DNA of 64,000 nt from Pyrodictiaceae archaeon (GTDB lineage Archaea; Thermoproteota; Thermoprotei_A; Sulfolobales; Pyrodictiaceae), in assembly GCA_027036135.1 (NCBI GenBank), contig JALVSY010000007.1:740880-804879 (forward strand), read 5' to 3'. The position numbers and the translations under genes were made by a program. Below are positions 18,534 through 28,691 of this stretch, one piece after another (the stretch's first letter is position 1; the number at the start of each line of letters is the position of its first letter). The notes under the pieces were generated by a model that worked only from the letters and a program-made list of their open reading frames with translations, was not told the DNA's origin and searched no databases.

Positions 18534-21188
18534 ATGAACATGAAATACCTATTTCTAGCCCTTTCGATAATAGCATTGTTAGTCCTCCCCTACATAGGAT
18601 TAATGGCGCCAGCCCACGCTGAGGACTACCAGGGCCCAGAGCCAAGGATGGGAAATGCGAGCATTAAAGAACTCCAACAGCTGTTAAAAAGCAACATAGT
18701 TAGCCCGCAAACGAAGGCTTGTATAGCATGCCACATAAAGTATACGCCTGGCATCGTCTACCAATGGCTAAATAGCGCTCACGCCCATCACCCCGCCATG
18801 GATGCAGCTGAGCTATACAAGGCGATAGGCGCCACCCAGTGGATAGATAAGATAAGCCCCAAGTTCAAGAACTACCACTATGTAGTAGGCTGCTACGAGT
18901 GCCACGGCATGTTCGCCGACAAGAATAGACCAGATGTATTCAACCACTTCGGCTTCAAAATAGTAACAATAGTAACCAGGAAGGATTGTGCACAATGCCA
19001 CCCTAAGGAGAACGCGGAGATAAGCTGGACATGGCACGCCACCGCCACTCTACACGCTACCTTCCTTCCATGGTACAAAGGCATACTAACATACGCAGCC
19101 AAGGTTCTAGGAGCCAACCCATTCGGTAACACTGAGCAGAAGAAACTATACGAGGAGTATTTCCCGCCATACTTGACCGAGAAACGTGACCAGCAACCAG
19201 TCTACTGGAACTTCTACGAAAAAATAGCTAAGGCAATCTACGACTACTTCAACCACAAGGCGACAAGCGAGGATATGCAGATAATAAACATGCTAAAGAA
19301 GGCAACCGGTATGATATCACCCTATGATAAGGACTTTAAGAACTGGATAAGCCCGCTATGGCCAGCAAGCGGCACGCTAAATACAACAGTACTGGAGAGA
19401 GACCATGTAGCAATAACAGTACCGGCGCTAGGGCTAGAGAACGGAACATACACTATCTACAACCCAATGAGTCATCCATGGTTCAGGAACGCTTACATGT
19501 ACCATGCATGTATAGAGTGCCACGGCTCCATAGTTATACCATACAAGGTTGTAACAGTAGATGTGAACGGCCTACCAACAAGACTGATGCTTTACTGGGG
19601 CTGGCCAAGCGTTGGAGCAGGACGCGTGGATCCAGACGGTAGCATAGGTACATGCACCGCCTGCCACGATGCCCACATGTTTAGCATAGCTCAAGCAAGA
19701 CATCCATGGACATGTGGCCGCTGCCACCTGGGCTATGATCACCCACAGATAGAGATCTATGAGGAGAGCGCACACGGCAATATAGAAAATGCTTACGGCA
19801 AGTATTATAACTGGGAGCACCTACCATGGCGCGTAGGCGTTGACTTCATAGCACCAACGTGCGCAACATGCCATATGAGCACTATAGCTGTAGTGTATCC
19901 AAATGGTACGGAACGCATAGTTGTAAAGGGTACGCACGATTTAGAGGCTAGATTAGTATGGGATGAGACACACTTCTTTGCAGTACCAAAGCCAATCATA
20001 CCAGACAAGGTGCAAGAGGCACTATTCCTGCACTACAGCGTGCTGAAAGGCGATCTAGGTGCTGTATTAAAAGCACACGAGGAACTGGTGAAAGAAGGGG
20101 CACCGATAAAGTGGCCAGTATACTGGGGCATAAAGATAAGCGAAGGCTATAAGCCAGGCCAGTTTGGCTTCCCAAGACTACTTAACATACAATTCACCGG
20201 CACACTAGCGCAGCACCGTGAGGAGATGAAGAAGGTATGTGAGCTATGCCACAGCATCCCGTGGGTAAACAACTACTTCAGAACAGCCGATCAGAACATG
20301 ATAGACTATGACGTAGTAGCGCACTTTGCGTTCAACCTACTAAAGCTAGCATGGAAGCTAGGCATACAGCACAAGAACAACTTAATGGACGAGTACATGG
20401 AGTGGTGGTGGTACTACATCTGGCACCACCAGGGCAGAAGATGGAGAATGGGCGCCTTCATGATGGGGCCTGATTACGCACACTGGTTCGGTATCGTTGA
20501 CACGATGAAGGCGCTAATGAAGATGACGGAATACTTTGATACAGCACTAAAGATTAGAGAATTACAAATGGAGATAGCTGCACTAAAGAAGCAGGCAACC
20601 GGAGCGCCATACATGCCGGGAGTACAAGCACAAATAGCACAGCTGCAACAACAGCTACAACTACTTGAATCACGCCTACAAGCACTACAAGCACAAGTAC
20701 CAGTAATACAGCAGCAGATAAGCAAACTAGATATGGACTTCAGCAAGAATGCAGCAAAGACACAGCAGAGCATTGCACAGATACATGAGAGCATACAAGA
20801 ATTGATGGCACAAATAGAGCAGCTAGCGAAGCAGCTACCATCAGCCCCGCAGAAACAAGAGATAGAGAAACTTGTAGCAGATATAGAGCAGACAATTAAC
20901 AAAATGCAGCAAATAGAGCAGCAGGTAAGTACTGCTGCAATGGCTGCAAAAGAAGCCAAGACTGAGGCAGCAAAGGCGAGCGAGGCAGCAGCAGCAGCCA
21001 AGAGCGCTGCGGCGGCAGCTAAGAGCACCGCTGGAGCAGCCTATGAAAAGGTAACAGAATTATCAAGCCAGGTCCACAGTCTAAGGACAAGTGTAGAGAA
21101 CATGGCTAGGGCTGCATTCGCGATAGGTGTTATAGCAATAGTTATAGCAATAATAGCTGCTGTGGTTGCCTTTATAAGAAGGGGCTAA
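18534..21188 (+). CDS. Octaheme c-type cytochrome, HAO family (epsilon-Hao/Ignicoccus OCC-like), with signal peptide, coiled-coil stalk and C-terminal TM anchor
   Basis: Eight CxxCH (CIACH, CYECH, CAQCH, CIECH, CTACH, CGRCH, CATCH, CELCH); GRVDPDGSIGTCTACH..H.FS, CHLGYDHPQIEIYEESAHG, APTCATCHM, GAFMMGPDYAHWFG. Confidence 0.92.
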   Translation: MNMKYLFLALSIIALLVLPYIGLMAPAHAEDYQGPEPRMGNASIKELQQLLKSNIVSPQTKACIACHIKYTPGIVYQWLNSAHAHHPAMDAAELYKAIGATQWIDKISPKFKNYHYVVGCYECHGMFADKNRPDVFNHFGFKIVTIVTRKDCAQCHPKENAEISWTWHATATLHATFLPWYKGILTYAAKVLGANPFGNTEQKKLYEEYFPPYLTEKRDQQPVYWNFYEKIAKAIYDYFNHKATSEDMQIINMLKKATGMISPYDKDFKNWISPLWPASGTLNTTVLERDHVAITVPALGLENGTYTIYNPMSHPWFRNAYMYHACIECHGSIVIPYKVVTVDVNGLPTRLMLYWGWPSVGAGRVDPDGSIGTCTACHDAHMFSIAQARHPWTCGRCHLGYDHPQIEIYEESAHGNIENAYGKYYNWEHLPWRVGVDFIAPTCATCHMSTIAVVYPNGTERIVVKGTHDLEARLVWDETHFFAVPKPIIPDKVQEALFLHYSVLKGDLGAVLKAHEELVKEGAPIKWPVYWGIKISEGYKPGQFGFPRLLNIQFTGTLAQHREEMKKVCELCHSIPWVNNYFRTADQNMIDYDVVAHFAFNLLKLAWKLGIQHKNNLMDEYMEWWWYYIWHHQGRRWRMGAFMMGPDYAHWFGIVDTMKALMKMTEYFDTALKIRELQMEIAALKKQATGAPYMPGVQAQIAQLQQQLQLLESRLQALQAQVPVIQQQISKLDMDFSKNAAKTQQSIAQIHESIQELMAQIEQLAKQLPSAPQKQEIEKLVADIEQTINKMQQIEQQVSTAAMAAKEAKTEAAKASEAAAAAKSAAAAAKSTAGAAYEKVTELSSQVHSLRTSVENMARAAFAIGVIAIVIAIIAAVVAFIRRG

Positions 21189-21221
21189 CCAAATAGCAAT
21201 AAGCCTCCATCCACACTAACA

Positions 21222-21241
21222 TTTTTTAACATTCTTTTTTC
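21222..21241 (+). terminator. Oligo-T terminator after octaheme gene
   Basis: TTTTTTAACATTCTTTTTT about 35 nt after the stop. Confidence 0.5.
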
Positions 21242-21333
21242 AAGACCTAAATAATTTATAAGAAACTTACCGACTTTAAAATAATATTACTGACTAAAAG
21301 GATGGCGATAGGGAAAGAGATCGGTATTTAAGT

Positions 21334-22869
21334 GTGAGATTCTTGAAAAATGAATATATCGTGATCACTATAGCTATATTAGTGATATTGATGTTAACCT
21401 TAGCGCCTAGTATACTGATTGCTCAAGAAAACAGCTTCCTTAGTAAGTCATACATCTTCATCTCCTTGAGACCCCTCTTAGGAAAGAATTCATGGCAGGT
21501 AAACATTAGTGCAGACATAGAAGAAAACCTTTTCAGATGCAAAGGCGTGGTGAGGGCAAACCCGTATTATAGGGAGACAAGGGCGGTATCAGCAACGCTT
21601 CTCTCTGTACCACTATATTATGTCCTTGACTCAGTATGTCCTAACCTCACTCTTCTACTCGATGTCATAAAGCCAACTGGACTCGTTCACATAGTTATCA
21701 ATGTCCCTAGGAATTATTATATATATACTGCAATGGATTCTCGGGGATACGGTTCTCACGGAAAGTATGTGTTACTGCTTGGATTGTTCACTCATCAATA
21801 CCTATTTGATGGAATAGTTGTTGCTTCAAAAAGGTACTATAAAGCTGCTAGGATTTATAGAATTACTCTTATAGAGCCACGCGGTTCTGCATATAATTAT
21901 ACGCTTGTAGCCAGAGTCGTGGAATGTGTTAGTGGTTTTCTTCGCAAAGAGTTAGGGCCTAGCAATCGTAACCCCGTAGTGGTAGTTATTGCTGCTGGTT
22001 GGGATCATCCATATATGTTGACCGGGGTAGGATATAGCCTTGGTGGCGTCATATATATCAAGCCGGGCTCGGACCTAGGTAGTCTTATTCATCTTATTGC
22101 GCACGAGACTGTGCATAGCTGGATAGGGAAAGGTAAACTGCAAGGAGGACCAAGTCTAGTAGAGGGGGCCGCTGAGCTATTATCCCTATTAGCTCTCTCC
22201 TCCTGCAACAAGGAAATGTATAAAAAGGATCTCCTCTACGAAGTGATGAGCCAAAAAGCTAACCCTTACAATGTCTGGCTCCGACTCCACGCAGCAATAA
22301 GAGAGGCCTCCATATATGCTTGTAGAAGGGATCTCTATATTAAGGCACTTCACTTACTCTATGAACGGGGAAAAAAGAACGCCAATATATTCGATCTATT
22401 GATGACTATTAAGAAGTTAGCGAATAATTACAGTTGCCTAGACACTCTCGAGAAATACCTAGGTAGGGCATTATTAAACATAGGAAACGAATCGCTAAAA
22501 GAATTACTAAATACTTCACTAAAACAAGGAAATCAAGAAATAACACAATACTCCGTAACTAGTACTCGAATAATACGCACAACAGCATTAAAAACAAGTG
22601 CCGAGACCTTGATAAGATATCGTCATTTCACCAATAGCACGAATAGACCATTAAGAATACATGAGCGTGAGTTAACACGTGGCAAAGAATATAATAGTAC
22701 GGATACCAGGCACACTATAAACCGTATTAGTAACACAGAGCATAGCTTCAGAATAGTAAAAACCTGTGTCTTTAGTAATAAGCATAGTCTCTACTTGCTA
22801 GCCTTGTTAATCATAATTGTACTCAGCATTATTATCTATAATGTGCTGATAAGTAAATATTATATTTAA
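21334..22869 (+). CDS. Secreted, membrane-anchored gluzincin-like metallopeptidase
   Basis: N-terminal signal, AHETVHSWIG..EGAAE, Thr/Asn-rich linker, C-terminal TM. Confidence 0.6.
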   Translation: MRFLKNEYIVITIAILVILMLTLAPSILIAQENSFLSKSYIFISLRPLLGKNSWQVNISADIEENLFRCKGVVRANPYYRETRAVSATLLSVPLYYVLDSVCPNLTLLLDVIKPTGLVHIVINVPRNYYIYTAMDSRGYGSHGKYVLLLGLFTHQYLFDGIVVASKRYYKAARIYRITLIEPRGSAYNYTLVARVVECVSGFLRKELGPSNRNPVVVVIAAGWDHPYMLTGVGYSLGGVIYIKPGSDLGSLIHLIAHETVHSWIGKGKLQGGPSLVEGAAELLSLLALSSCNKEMYKKDLLYEVMSQKANPYNVWLRLHAAIREASIYACRRDLYIKALHLLYERGKKNANIFDLLMTIKKLANNYSCLDTLEKYLGRALLNIGNESLKELLNTSLKQGNQEITQYSVTSTRIIRTTALKTSAETLIRYRHFTNSTNRPLRIHERELTRGKEYNSTDTRHTINRISNTEHSFRIVKTCVFSNKHSLYLLALLIIIVLSIIIYNVLISKYYI

Positions 22870-22992
22870 TTTGGCTCAGACATAAAAAAGTGTTCCTACA
22901 AGCACTGAGTAAAACTTATTGATGCCTTCGATAATAGAGTTATTTGGATAGCTAGCAAAGAGTCTAAAAAGCTATCTTAGCCATTATGATGA

Positions 22993-23865
22993 TTGAGAGG
23001 TGGGCTCTTGATAAATCAATCAGCCGTAGTATTCTGTCTTACACAGATACCGGGATGCCCGTTACAAATGCTTATGAGAAAAACCGTGGAGTCCTCCTTA
23101 AACGAGACTAATAACACTAATAACAGTACTAGTAACTCTATGAATATCGTCCTAAACATGGTTTCAGGGATCGCTGGTCGTGTTCTCCGTGCTGGTCTTC
23201 ACCGAGAAGAAGGCTATACTGAGATCTGGCTGCGCATAAGTGGTGCTAGTGGTTACCTAGATCTATTCGAGAATAAAATGAGACAAGAAGAAGGGGTTGC
23301 TTTTCAAAAAATCTTTAGTAATAAGTTTAATACCGTATATCGGATACTAATAGAACATAATAAATGCCCATGTGCTAACGATAAAGTTACTCATTGCCCA
23401 TTATTAAAGGCTATGCCTGGAGCCATGGTAAAGTCTAGCATTATTACGCCGTACGGACTCCTCTGCGAATTCTTGGTCGCTAAGAGCAGAGTTATCTCAG
23501 AGTTAAAGCAGCGCGGCTGTAAGATACTCCTAATGCACGAGATAAATGGCTATGACTTCATGCTGACCCAGAAACAAGAACTCGCCATTATATATGCTTA
23601 CCTCATGGGCTATTATCACTTTCCGCGCAAAGTCAGCCTTAAGGAATTGGCAGCTAAGCTGGGTTTATCTGTTTCAACTCTTGCCGAATTGCTTAGAAAA
23701 GCTGAGGCAAAAGTTATTGATGCTTACATAAGGCATGAGTTACCTCATTATCTTGTAGGTCTAGTGATGAGCAAGAGCACCTATAGAGATTTTGTTGAAA
23801 ACCAATTTGGTTCAAAACATGAGGAGAAGAAAGAGAAAGTGTTAGTTGAGGCCAAGACTAGCTAG
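22993..23865 (+). CDS. HTH-10 (Bat/DmsR-like) transcriptional regulator, Cys-rich
   Basis: LTQKQELAIIYAYLMGYYHFPRKVSLKELAAKLGLSVSTLAELLRKAEAK is the HTH_10 signature; 7 Cys in N-terminal part. Confidence 0.88.
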   Translation: MRGGLLINQSAVVFCLTQIPGCPLQMLMRKTVESSLNETNNTNNSTSNSMNIVLNMVSGIAGRVLRAGLHREEGYTEIWLRISGASGYLDLFENKMRQEEGVAFQKIFSNKFNTVYRILIEHNKCPCANDKVTHCPLLKAMPGAMVKSSIITPYGLLCEFLVAKSRVISELKQRGCKILLMHEINGYDFMLTQKQELAIIYAYLMGYYHFPRKVSLKELAAKLGLSVSTLAELLRKAEAKVIDAYIRHELPHYLVGLVMSKSTYRDFVENQFGSKHEEKKEKVLVEAKTS

Positions 23866-24059
23866 AAGTACTTATTAACTAGAATATGTCTCGGCCCTTA
23901 TCTATTTCTTCGATGCCTACTTAATGAGAGTAAGTAGCTGCATGAGTAGGCTCCTTAAACGGCGTTGATGAAGCGCCAAACATTTTTCGGAGAAGAGTGA
24001 TAAGAGCTGTAGAGCCACTATGTGCCTTATGATGGGCCTCGAAGGGAGGATGCACGATA

Positions 24060-25628
24060 TTGCCAAGGTTTAGCAGGAAGTCCATGAGGCTTGATCTTAA
24101 GGCTTTTCAGCGCCAGAAGCGCAGTGGCCTTGTACTCATAGTAGTTATCTTAATTGCTGCAACTATCGCGTTTGGACTGGTTGCTTATATGGGCGATGTT
24201 TCTCACCTCTATTTCGAGGTAGAGGGAAAAGCTATTCCTAATCTGGCTACACTACAAAAGCTTATATCTAGCTCCAAGAAACCCGTTGCGGTAATGTTCG
24301 AGTCTCCTACATGCCCTGTTTGTAAGAGGATGTACCCTTACTGGGCTAAGCTTGAAGAAAGGAGTCCAACGCTTCCTGTAAGCTTTTACCATATATTATA
24401 TGGGCCTCAGACAGCCTCTGCTTTTCAGAAGTATCACGTATACGATACGCCAACATTCATAGTATTTGTTAATGGCAAGCCCGTGGCACGACATGTTGGT
24501 GCCTTTATTTCCGGAAATATTACGGATTCTATGTTAGCATGGGCTATTGGAGCCTCTGGGCTACCTCAAGTCATGAATCCAACCGAGCTTGCAAGACAAG
24601 GGCTGAGTATCTTTAATGAGAAGTGTGCTGCTTGCCACGGAATAATACCAGGAATTGATAAAAAATCAATACTATTATGGCTTAGAGGAAGGAAGGTAAT
24701 GAATGATCCATTAGCTAGCGTGTTCTACGAAGCACTGAAGAGGAATATGACGCTTGAAGAATACTTTGGCGGCTATACTAATCTGAGAGACACTGTCGCG
24801 ACTATGAGAAAATATACCGAGTTAACAGCATACGAGCTTAGCAGAACCACTTACCTACTCTCGTATATGTCTCATATTCTACTAGGGCTCAAGCCTCCGG
24901 TATTTAACTTGTCCGACGTAGCCACATTATTTAATTCAACTAGTCCTAAAGAGGCCCTGCCACTGAGAAGCAAAGAGGCCGGCCTAGCCGGACAAGCCGC
25001 TAGTATTATTAGTGCCGTAGCTGCGTTTGTCGCAGGATTCGTTGCAGCCTTCTCACCATGCGTCTTGCCTCTCCTAGTAACACAGGCAGCCACGATCAGT
25101 GCTACTGGGAGAAAGCTAAGTGCTAGTAATTGTGGACTATGTGGGTTTGCTTCATTTCTCGGCGTTATAGCTATAGGCTTATTATTTGTTATCGCGGGAG
25201 TCCTAGCTACAAGCATACAAGAGGTACTTTTACCGGTAATGGCATTAGCCATAATTGCTGCAGGTACAGCGAGCTTACTAGGTGTGCCAGTAGAACTCGA
25301 TACAATGCTAAGCACAAAACATGGAGGACTCTACGGCTTCTGCGCAGCATACGGGTTCCTCGCTGTTCAGTGTAGCCTGCCCTTAGTAGTAGGCTCGCTT
25401 CTCCTAGTATTGAGCGCAGGGGCTGGAATCTCGGGAATACTAGTAGCTGCTAGCTTTGCCCTAGGCGTAAGTCTCCCCCTAGCGATCGTGCTTTATGCTG
25501 TCTCGAGGCTTGGTGCAGGCGTTGTCAATAAGATAATGCAACACAAGAGAGCACTCGATATAATGGGCGGCTTAGTGCTTCTTGGCTCAGGTCTCTACCT
25601 GCTACTATACTCGTTAGGATTTGTTTAA
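24060..25628 (+). CDS. Thioredoxin - cytochrome c - CcdA/DsbD fusion
   Basis: TM, Trx fold (SPTCPVCK..YPYW, TPTFIVF.NGK), CAACHG heme motif, CcdA TM domain (AFSPCVLPL..QCSLP). Confidence 0.8.
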   Translation: MPRFSRKSMRLDLKAFQRQKRSGLVLIVVILIAATIAFGLVAYMGDVSHLYFEVEGKAIPNLATLQKLISSSKKPVAVMFESPTCPVCKRMYPYWAKLEERSPTLPVSFYHILYGPQTASAFQKYHVYDTPTFIVFVNGKPVARHVGAFISGNITDSMLAWAIGASGLPQVMNPTELARQGLSIFNEKCAACHGIIPGIDKKSILLWLRGRKVMNDPLASVFYEALKRNMTLEEYFGGYTNLRDTVATMRKYTELTAYELSRTTYLLSYMSHILLGLKPPVFNLSDVATLFNSTSPKEALPLRSKEAGLAGQAASIISAVAAFVAGFVAAFSPCVLPLLVTQAATISATGRKLSASNCGLCGFASFLGVIAIGLLFVIAGVLATSIQEVLLPVMALAIIAAGTASLLGVPVELDTMLSTKHGGLYGFCAAYGFLAVQCSLPLVVGSLLLVLSAGAGISGILVAASFALGVSLPLAIVLYAVSRLGAGVVNKIMQHKRALDIMGGLVLLGSGLYLLLYSLGFV

Positions 25629-25658
25629 TCTCCATGAGTATGCGGGGGGTAGTCGAGT

Positions 25659-28600
25659 ATGAGCCTTCATATAGGGCCTCTCCACTACTCCGGTATAGTA
25701 CCATTAGTAGCCCTATTAGTACTGATATATGGTGTTGGTAAGGCACTAATTGGCAGAGATGCCCGAAGGATCCTAAAGATAGGGTTCTTGTTAATCATTA
25801 TTGGCTGGCTTATATATTGGATACCTTATGTTACCCTGGACTTTAGCCTAAAGGAAGTATACTGGGATACAAGCCCGGAGTTGCCCCTCTGGATGCGATT
25901 CGCAGCAGCTTGGGCAGGTAGTGGCGGAAGCTTATTCCTCTTCACACTAATAGCTAGCCTAGCATCGCTCTATGCGCTGAAAAACGCCACACGCTGGTTG
26001 CAAGTCGCGCTAGGCTCTATAACAATAATAGGTCTCATAGCAGCTTTCCTTAATGACGCCTTCACAGCCCTCCCCTCAACTCCCCCTAGCGGCGCCGGGC
26101 TTAACCCCTTGCTAAAGAGCCCCTGGCTATACCCTCACCCACTTTCGACGTTTAGTGGCTATGCCTTACTAGCTATAGCAGCAGCAGCGCTCCTAGCCGG
26201 ACAGAAGAGAAAGGGATACACACTCTACGAGATAGGCTGGGCCTTCCTCACCCTTGGCATACTATTGGGTGGGTACTGGAGCTATGAGACATTTGGCTGG
26301 GGTGGTTACTGGGCCTGGGATCCCGTGGAGACAAGCGAGCTAATGGTGTGGCTAGCAGCCACGCTATTACCACACATACTTTATGCAGCTCCAAGTCTCG
26401 CTGATTTCTCGGAAGGCCTCATAGCCTCCAGCGTGTTCTTAGCAATGTATGTGACGCGCACCGGGCTAAGCCCACTTCACAGCTTTGCCGCCCCAAGCAT
26501 AGGAGCAATAATACTCCTCATCACCGGGTATTCATGGCTCCTCCTAGCAACAATAAAGCTCTACTTCAAACTAGAGCCAGGCATCCGCGACTTAGTAAAT
26601 AGCTTGAGAAGCGGTAGCACGTACCGAGTAGGCATCACTATAGCCGCGCTTTCGCTCTTAGCCGCTACCTTGTTTGTCTACAGCACATTACTGGTCCCGG
26701 CTACAATAATAGCCACAGGTAAGACAGCTAGCGTCCCGCAAATGAATTCGGGTATTCAGTATTTCCACCCAGTTCTCTATCCACTATTAATAACCATGCT
26801 AGCAGCTATGCCAGCAGTGTTCCTCGGAGAATGGCTCGGATGGCGAGGCTACTTCGCCTTACTAGTCACAACGGGTCTTGCGGCAACAACTCTTGGATTA
26901 GCTGCTTACTATGATAAGGTTACCCTAGCGCCTCTAAGCCCTCTCGGAACCAATGCCGAGATGGCCTTTGGACTTGTATGGGCAGGGGTAGCTGCTGCAT
27001 CAACCCTAACATATCTTGGACTCCGCGCTCGTAGAGGACTCCGCGTTCTTTTACGTGACCGCTTGGGTGGATTATCGTTACTTCACTTGGGACTAGCTAT
27101 AACTGTGATAGGGGTGCTACTAAGCGGGACATATGCGTTTAACCAAGCCTATATGAAGACATATCATGTTAAACCTGGGCAAGAAATAGATTTACCGGGC
27201 GGATTCAGACTAGTATTTAAAGGATTTAAGTATAGTATCAGTCATTCAAAGGTGGACATTTATACTAGATACGTAAATCACGCCACAAGTTATTACTATG
27301 GGCAACTGGCACTTTACACTCTTGCCCAAGATTTTGCGCGAACAATACAGAGCTACGAAAAAGGAAAGATCATATACAAGGAGAACCCCATTATAAGAAC
27401 CCTAATAAACATTGCCTCGAAAAAAGCGATATTCTATCCAGGAAACTATACAATAGAGACCCGGGCAACAATAAGATATATAAACTTTGCAACAAATATA
27501 ACACTATTATTAACCGACAACGAACCCGTTAAAATAAAGATAGTAAACATGACCCTAGAACCCCTAGTAAACCAGAACCCTAATACTGGCAAATACTACC
27601 TCTACATGCCGATTCAAGGAAATAAAATAGAAATGATACTGCCACGGAATATATCAAAATTCATAACACCAGAACTAGGAGTACACGCCTTCCTAGCAAT
27701 ACAGTTCACGAAACCAGCAAGAATCATAACCAAAAACTTAACCATAATTATCAATAATGCATCACTATTATCAGAGCAATTCGTAACTGGAGGACAAGGA
27801 GCACCACTAAGGGTAAAGAACAATACTATAACTGGTTCGTTCGCTGTACTTGACATAAGGCATGCAAAGATAATTACAAAGAATGGCACAACAGTAACTA
27901 TACCAGCACAAATACCAGCAAGTGCAATAATATACTACTCTATAACAACTAATCCGACCTACAAGAAAATATTAGAGGCCATTAAAGAGACCGGGCTCTA
28001 CAAAATACTAGCCAATCCAGATAACATACTTAGGCTCGCATTTACGCAGAAGTGTATAAATGAGATGAGCAAGGGAGCATCATTTGCTCCTCCAAGTGAG
28101 TGCCTTGCCTATGTTAGGGCACCGAAGCTAGTACCAGAGACGGCATGGTTAAAACTCCAATTCAAACTAATAAGAGGACACACATCCAAGGAAATCAATA
28201 CCAGAATAAGGTACGAGGCGTATGGCGAGATACAAGGCATACATGGGCTTGTGCCGAAAGTTATTCATCCAGGAGAGGGCATAGACGAGGTTTACATAGT
28301 ATTGGAGCCACCTATGATTAATAGTTTCCTTTATGGCAACCAGATGGCTTACCATGAACTCTTTATTTACTATCTACATGAAGTATTCAAGAATCTGACG
28401 CCTCCCCAGAGACTTGCACTAGCAGCTGTAATGATTGGCGGATATGAGTCCGATATGTTGAAAACAATGAGTGAACAACAAGCCCAGAACCTGCTTGAGG
28501 GAAGCCTCATCGACGTATACATACTAGCTTCTAAGTTTAGTCCAATGAACTCTACAATATATAGAGAGGGGTTACTAGTAAAGGTCAAGATAGTGCCAGG

Positions 28601-28691
28601 TGTAAGACTTGTATGGATAGGACCCATAATAATGGCGGCCTCGGCTCTCTATCTGGCAGGCTTTGCACTATTTACGAGGCGTGAAGGCTGA
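25659..28691 (+). CDS. ccmF: Cytochrome c biogenesis heme lyase CcmF with large extracytoplasmic insertion
   Basis: WAGSGGS, GLNPLL, HP, WSYETFGWGGYWAWDPVE, TRTG..LHSF, LLHLG, C-terminal PGVRLVWIG. Confidence 0.92.
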   Translation: MSLHIGPLHYSGIVPLVALLVLIYGVGKALIGRDARRILKIGFLLIIIGWLIYWIPYVTLDFSLKEVYWDTSPELPLWMRFAAAWAGSGGSLFLFTLIASLASLYALKNATRWLQVALGSITIIGLIAAFLNDAFTALPSTPPSGAGLNPLLKSPWLYPHPLSTFSGYALLAIAAAALLAGQKRKGYTLYEIGWAFLTLGILLGGYWSYETFGWGGYWAWDPVETSELMVWLAATLLPHILYAAPSLADFSEGLIASSVFLAMYVTRTGLSPLHSFAAPSIGAIILLITGYSWLLLATIKLYFKLEPGIRDLVNSLRSGSTYRVGITIAALSLLAATLFVYSTLLVPATIIATGKTASVPQMNSGIQYFHPVLYPLLITMLAAMPAVFLGEWLGWRGYFALLVTTGLAATTLGLAAYYDKVTLAPLSPLGTNAEMAFGLVWAGVAAASTLTYLGLRARRGLRVLLRDRLGGLSLLHLGLAITVIGVLLSGTYAFNQAYMKTYHVKPGQEIDLPGGFRLVFKGFKYSISHSKVDIYTRYVNHATSYYYGQLALYTLAQDFARTIQSYEKGKIIYKENPIIRTLINIASKKAIFYPGNYTIETRATIRYINFATNITLLLTDNEPVKIKIVNMTLEPLVNQNPNTGKYYLYMPIQGNKIEMILPRNISKFITPELGVHAFLAIQFTKPARIITKNLTIIINNASLLSEQFVTGGQGAPLRVKNNTITGSFAVLDIRHAKIITKNGTTVTIPAQIPASAIIYYSITTNPTYKKILEAIKETGLYKILANPDNILRLAFTQKCINEMSKGASFAPPSECLAYVRAPKLVPETAWLKLQFKLIRGHTSKEINTRIRYEAYGEIQGIHGLVPKVIHPGEGIDEVYIVLEPPMINSFLYGNQMAYHELFIYYLHEVFKNLTPPQRLALAAVMIGGYESDMLKTMSEQQAQNLLEGSLIDVYILASKFSPMNSTIYREGLLVKVKIVPGVRLVWIGPIIMAASALYLAGFALFTRREG

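Noticed and set aside
20474-21028. Cys/Ala-rich 184-aa minus-strand ORF
   Set aside because: Antisense shadow of CAG/GCA codons in the octaheme coiled coil
18534-21188. Evidence for ammonia oxidation or anammox
   Set aside because: HAO fold alone is not diagnostic; the C-terminal motif resembles reductive family members and no amo or hzs genes are present
23961-23992. Fluoride-riboswitch-like hairpin GGCGTTGATGAAGCGCC and a CTCCGA-containing motif also near 18431, 33253 and 37292
   Set aside because: Lacks the riboswitch consensus; spacing of the CCGAA/TTTGG half-sites differs between copies
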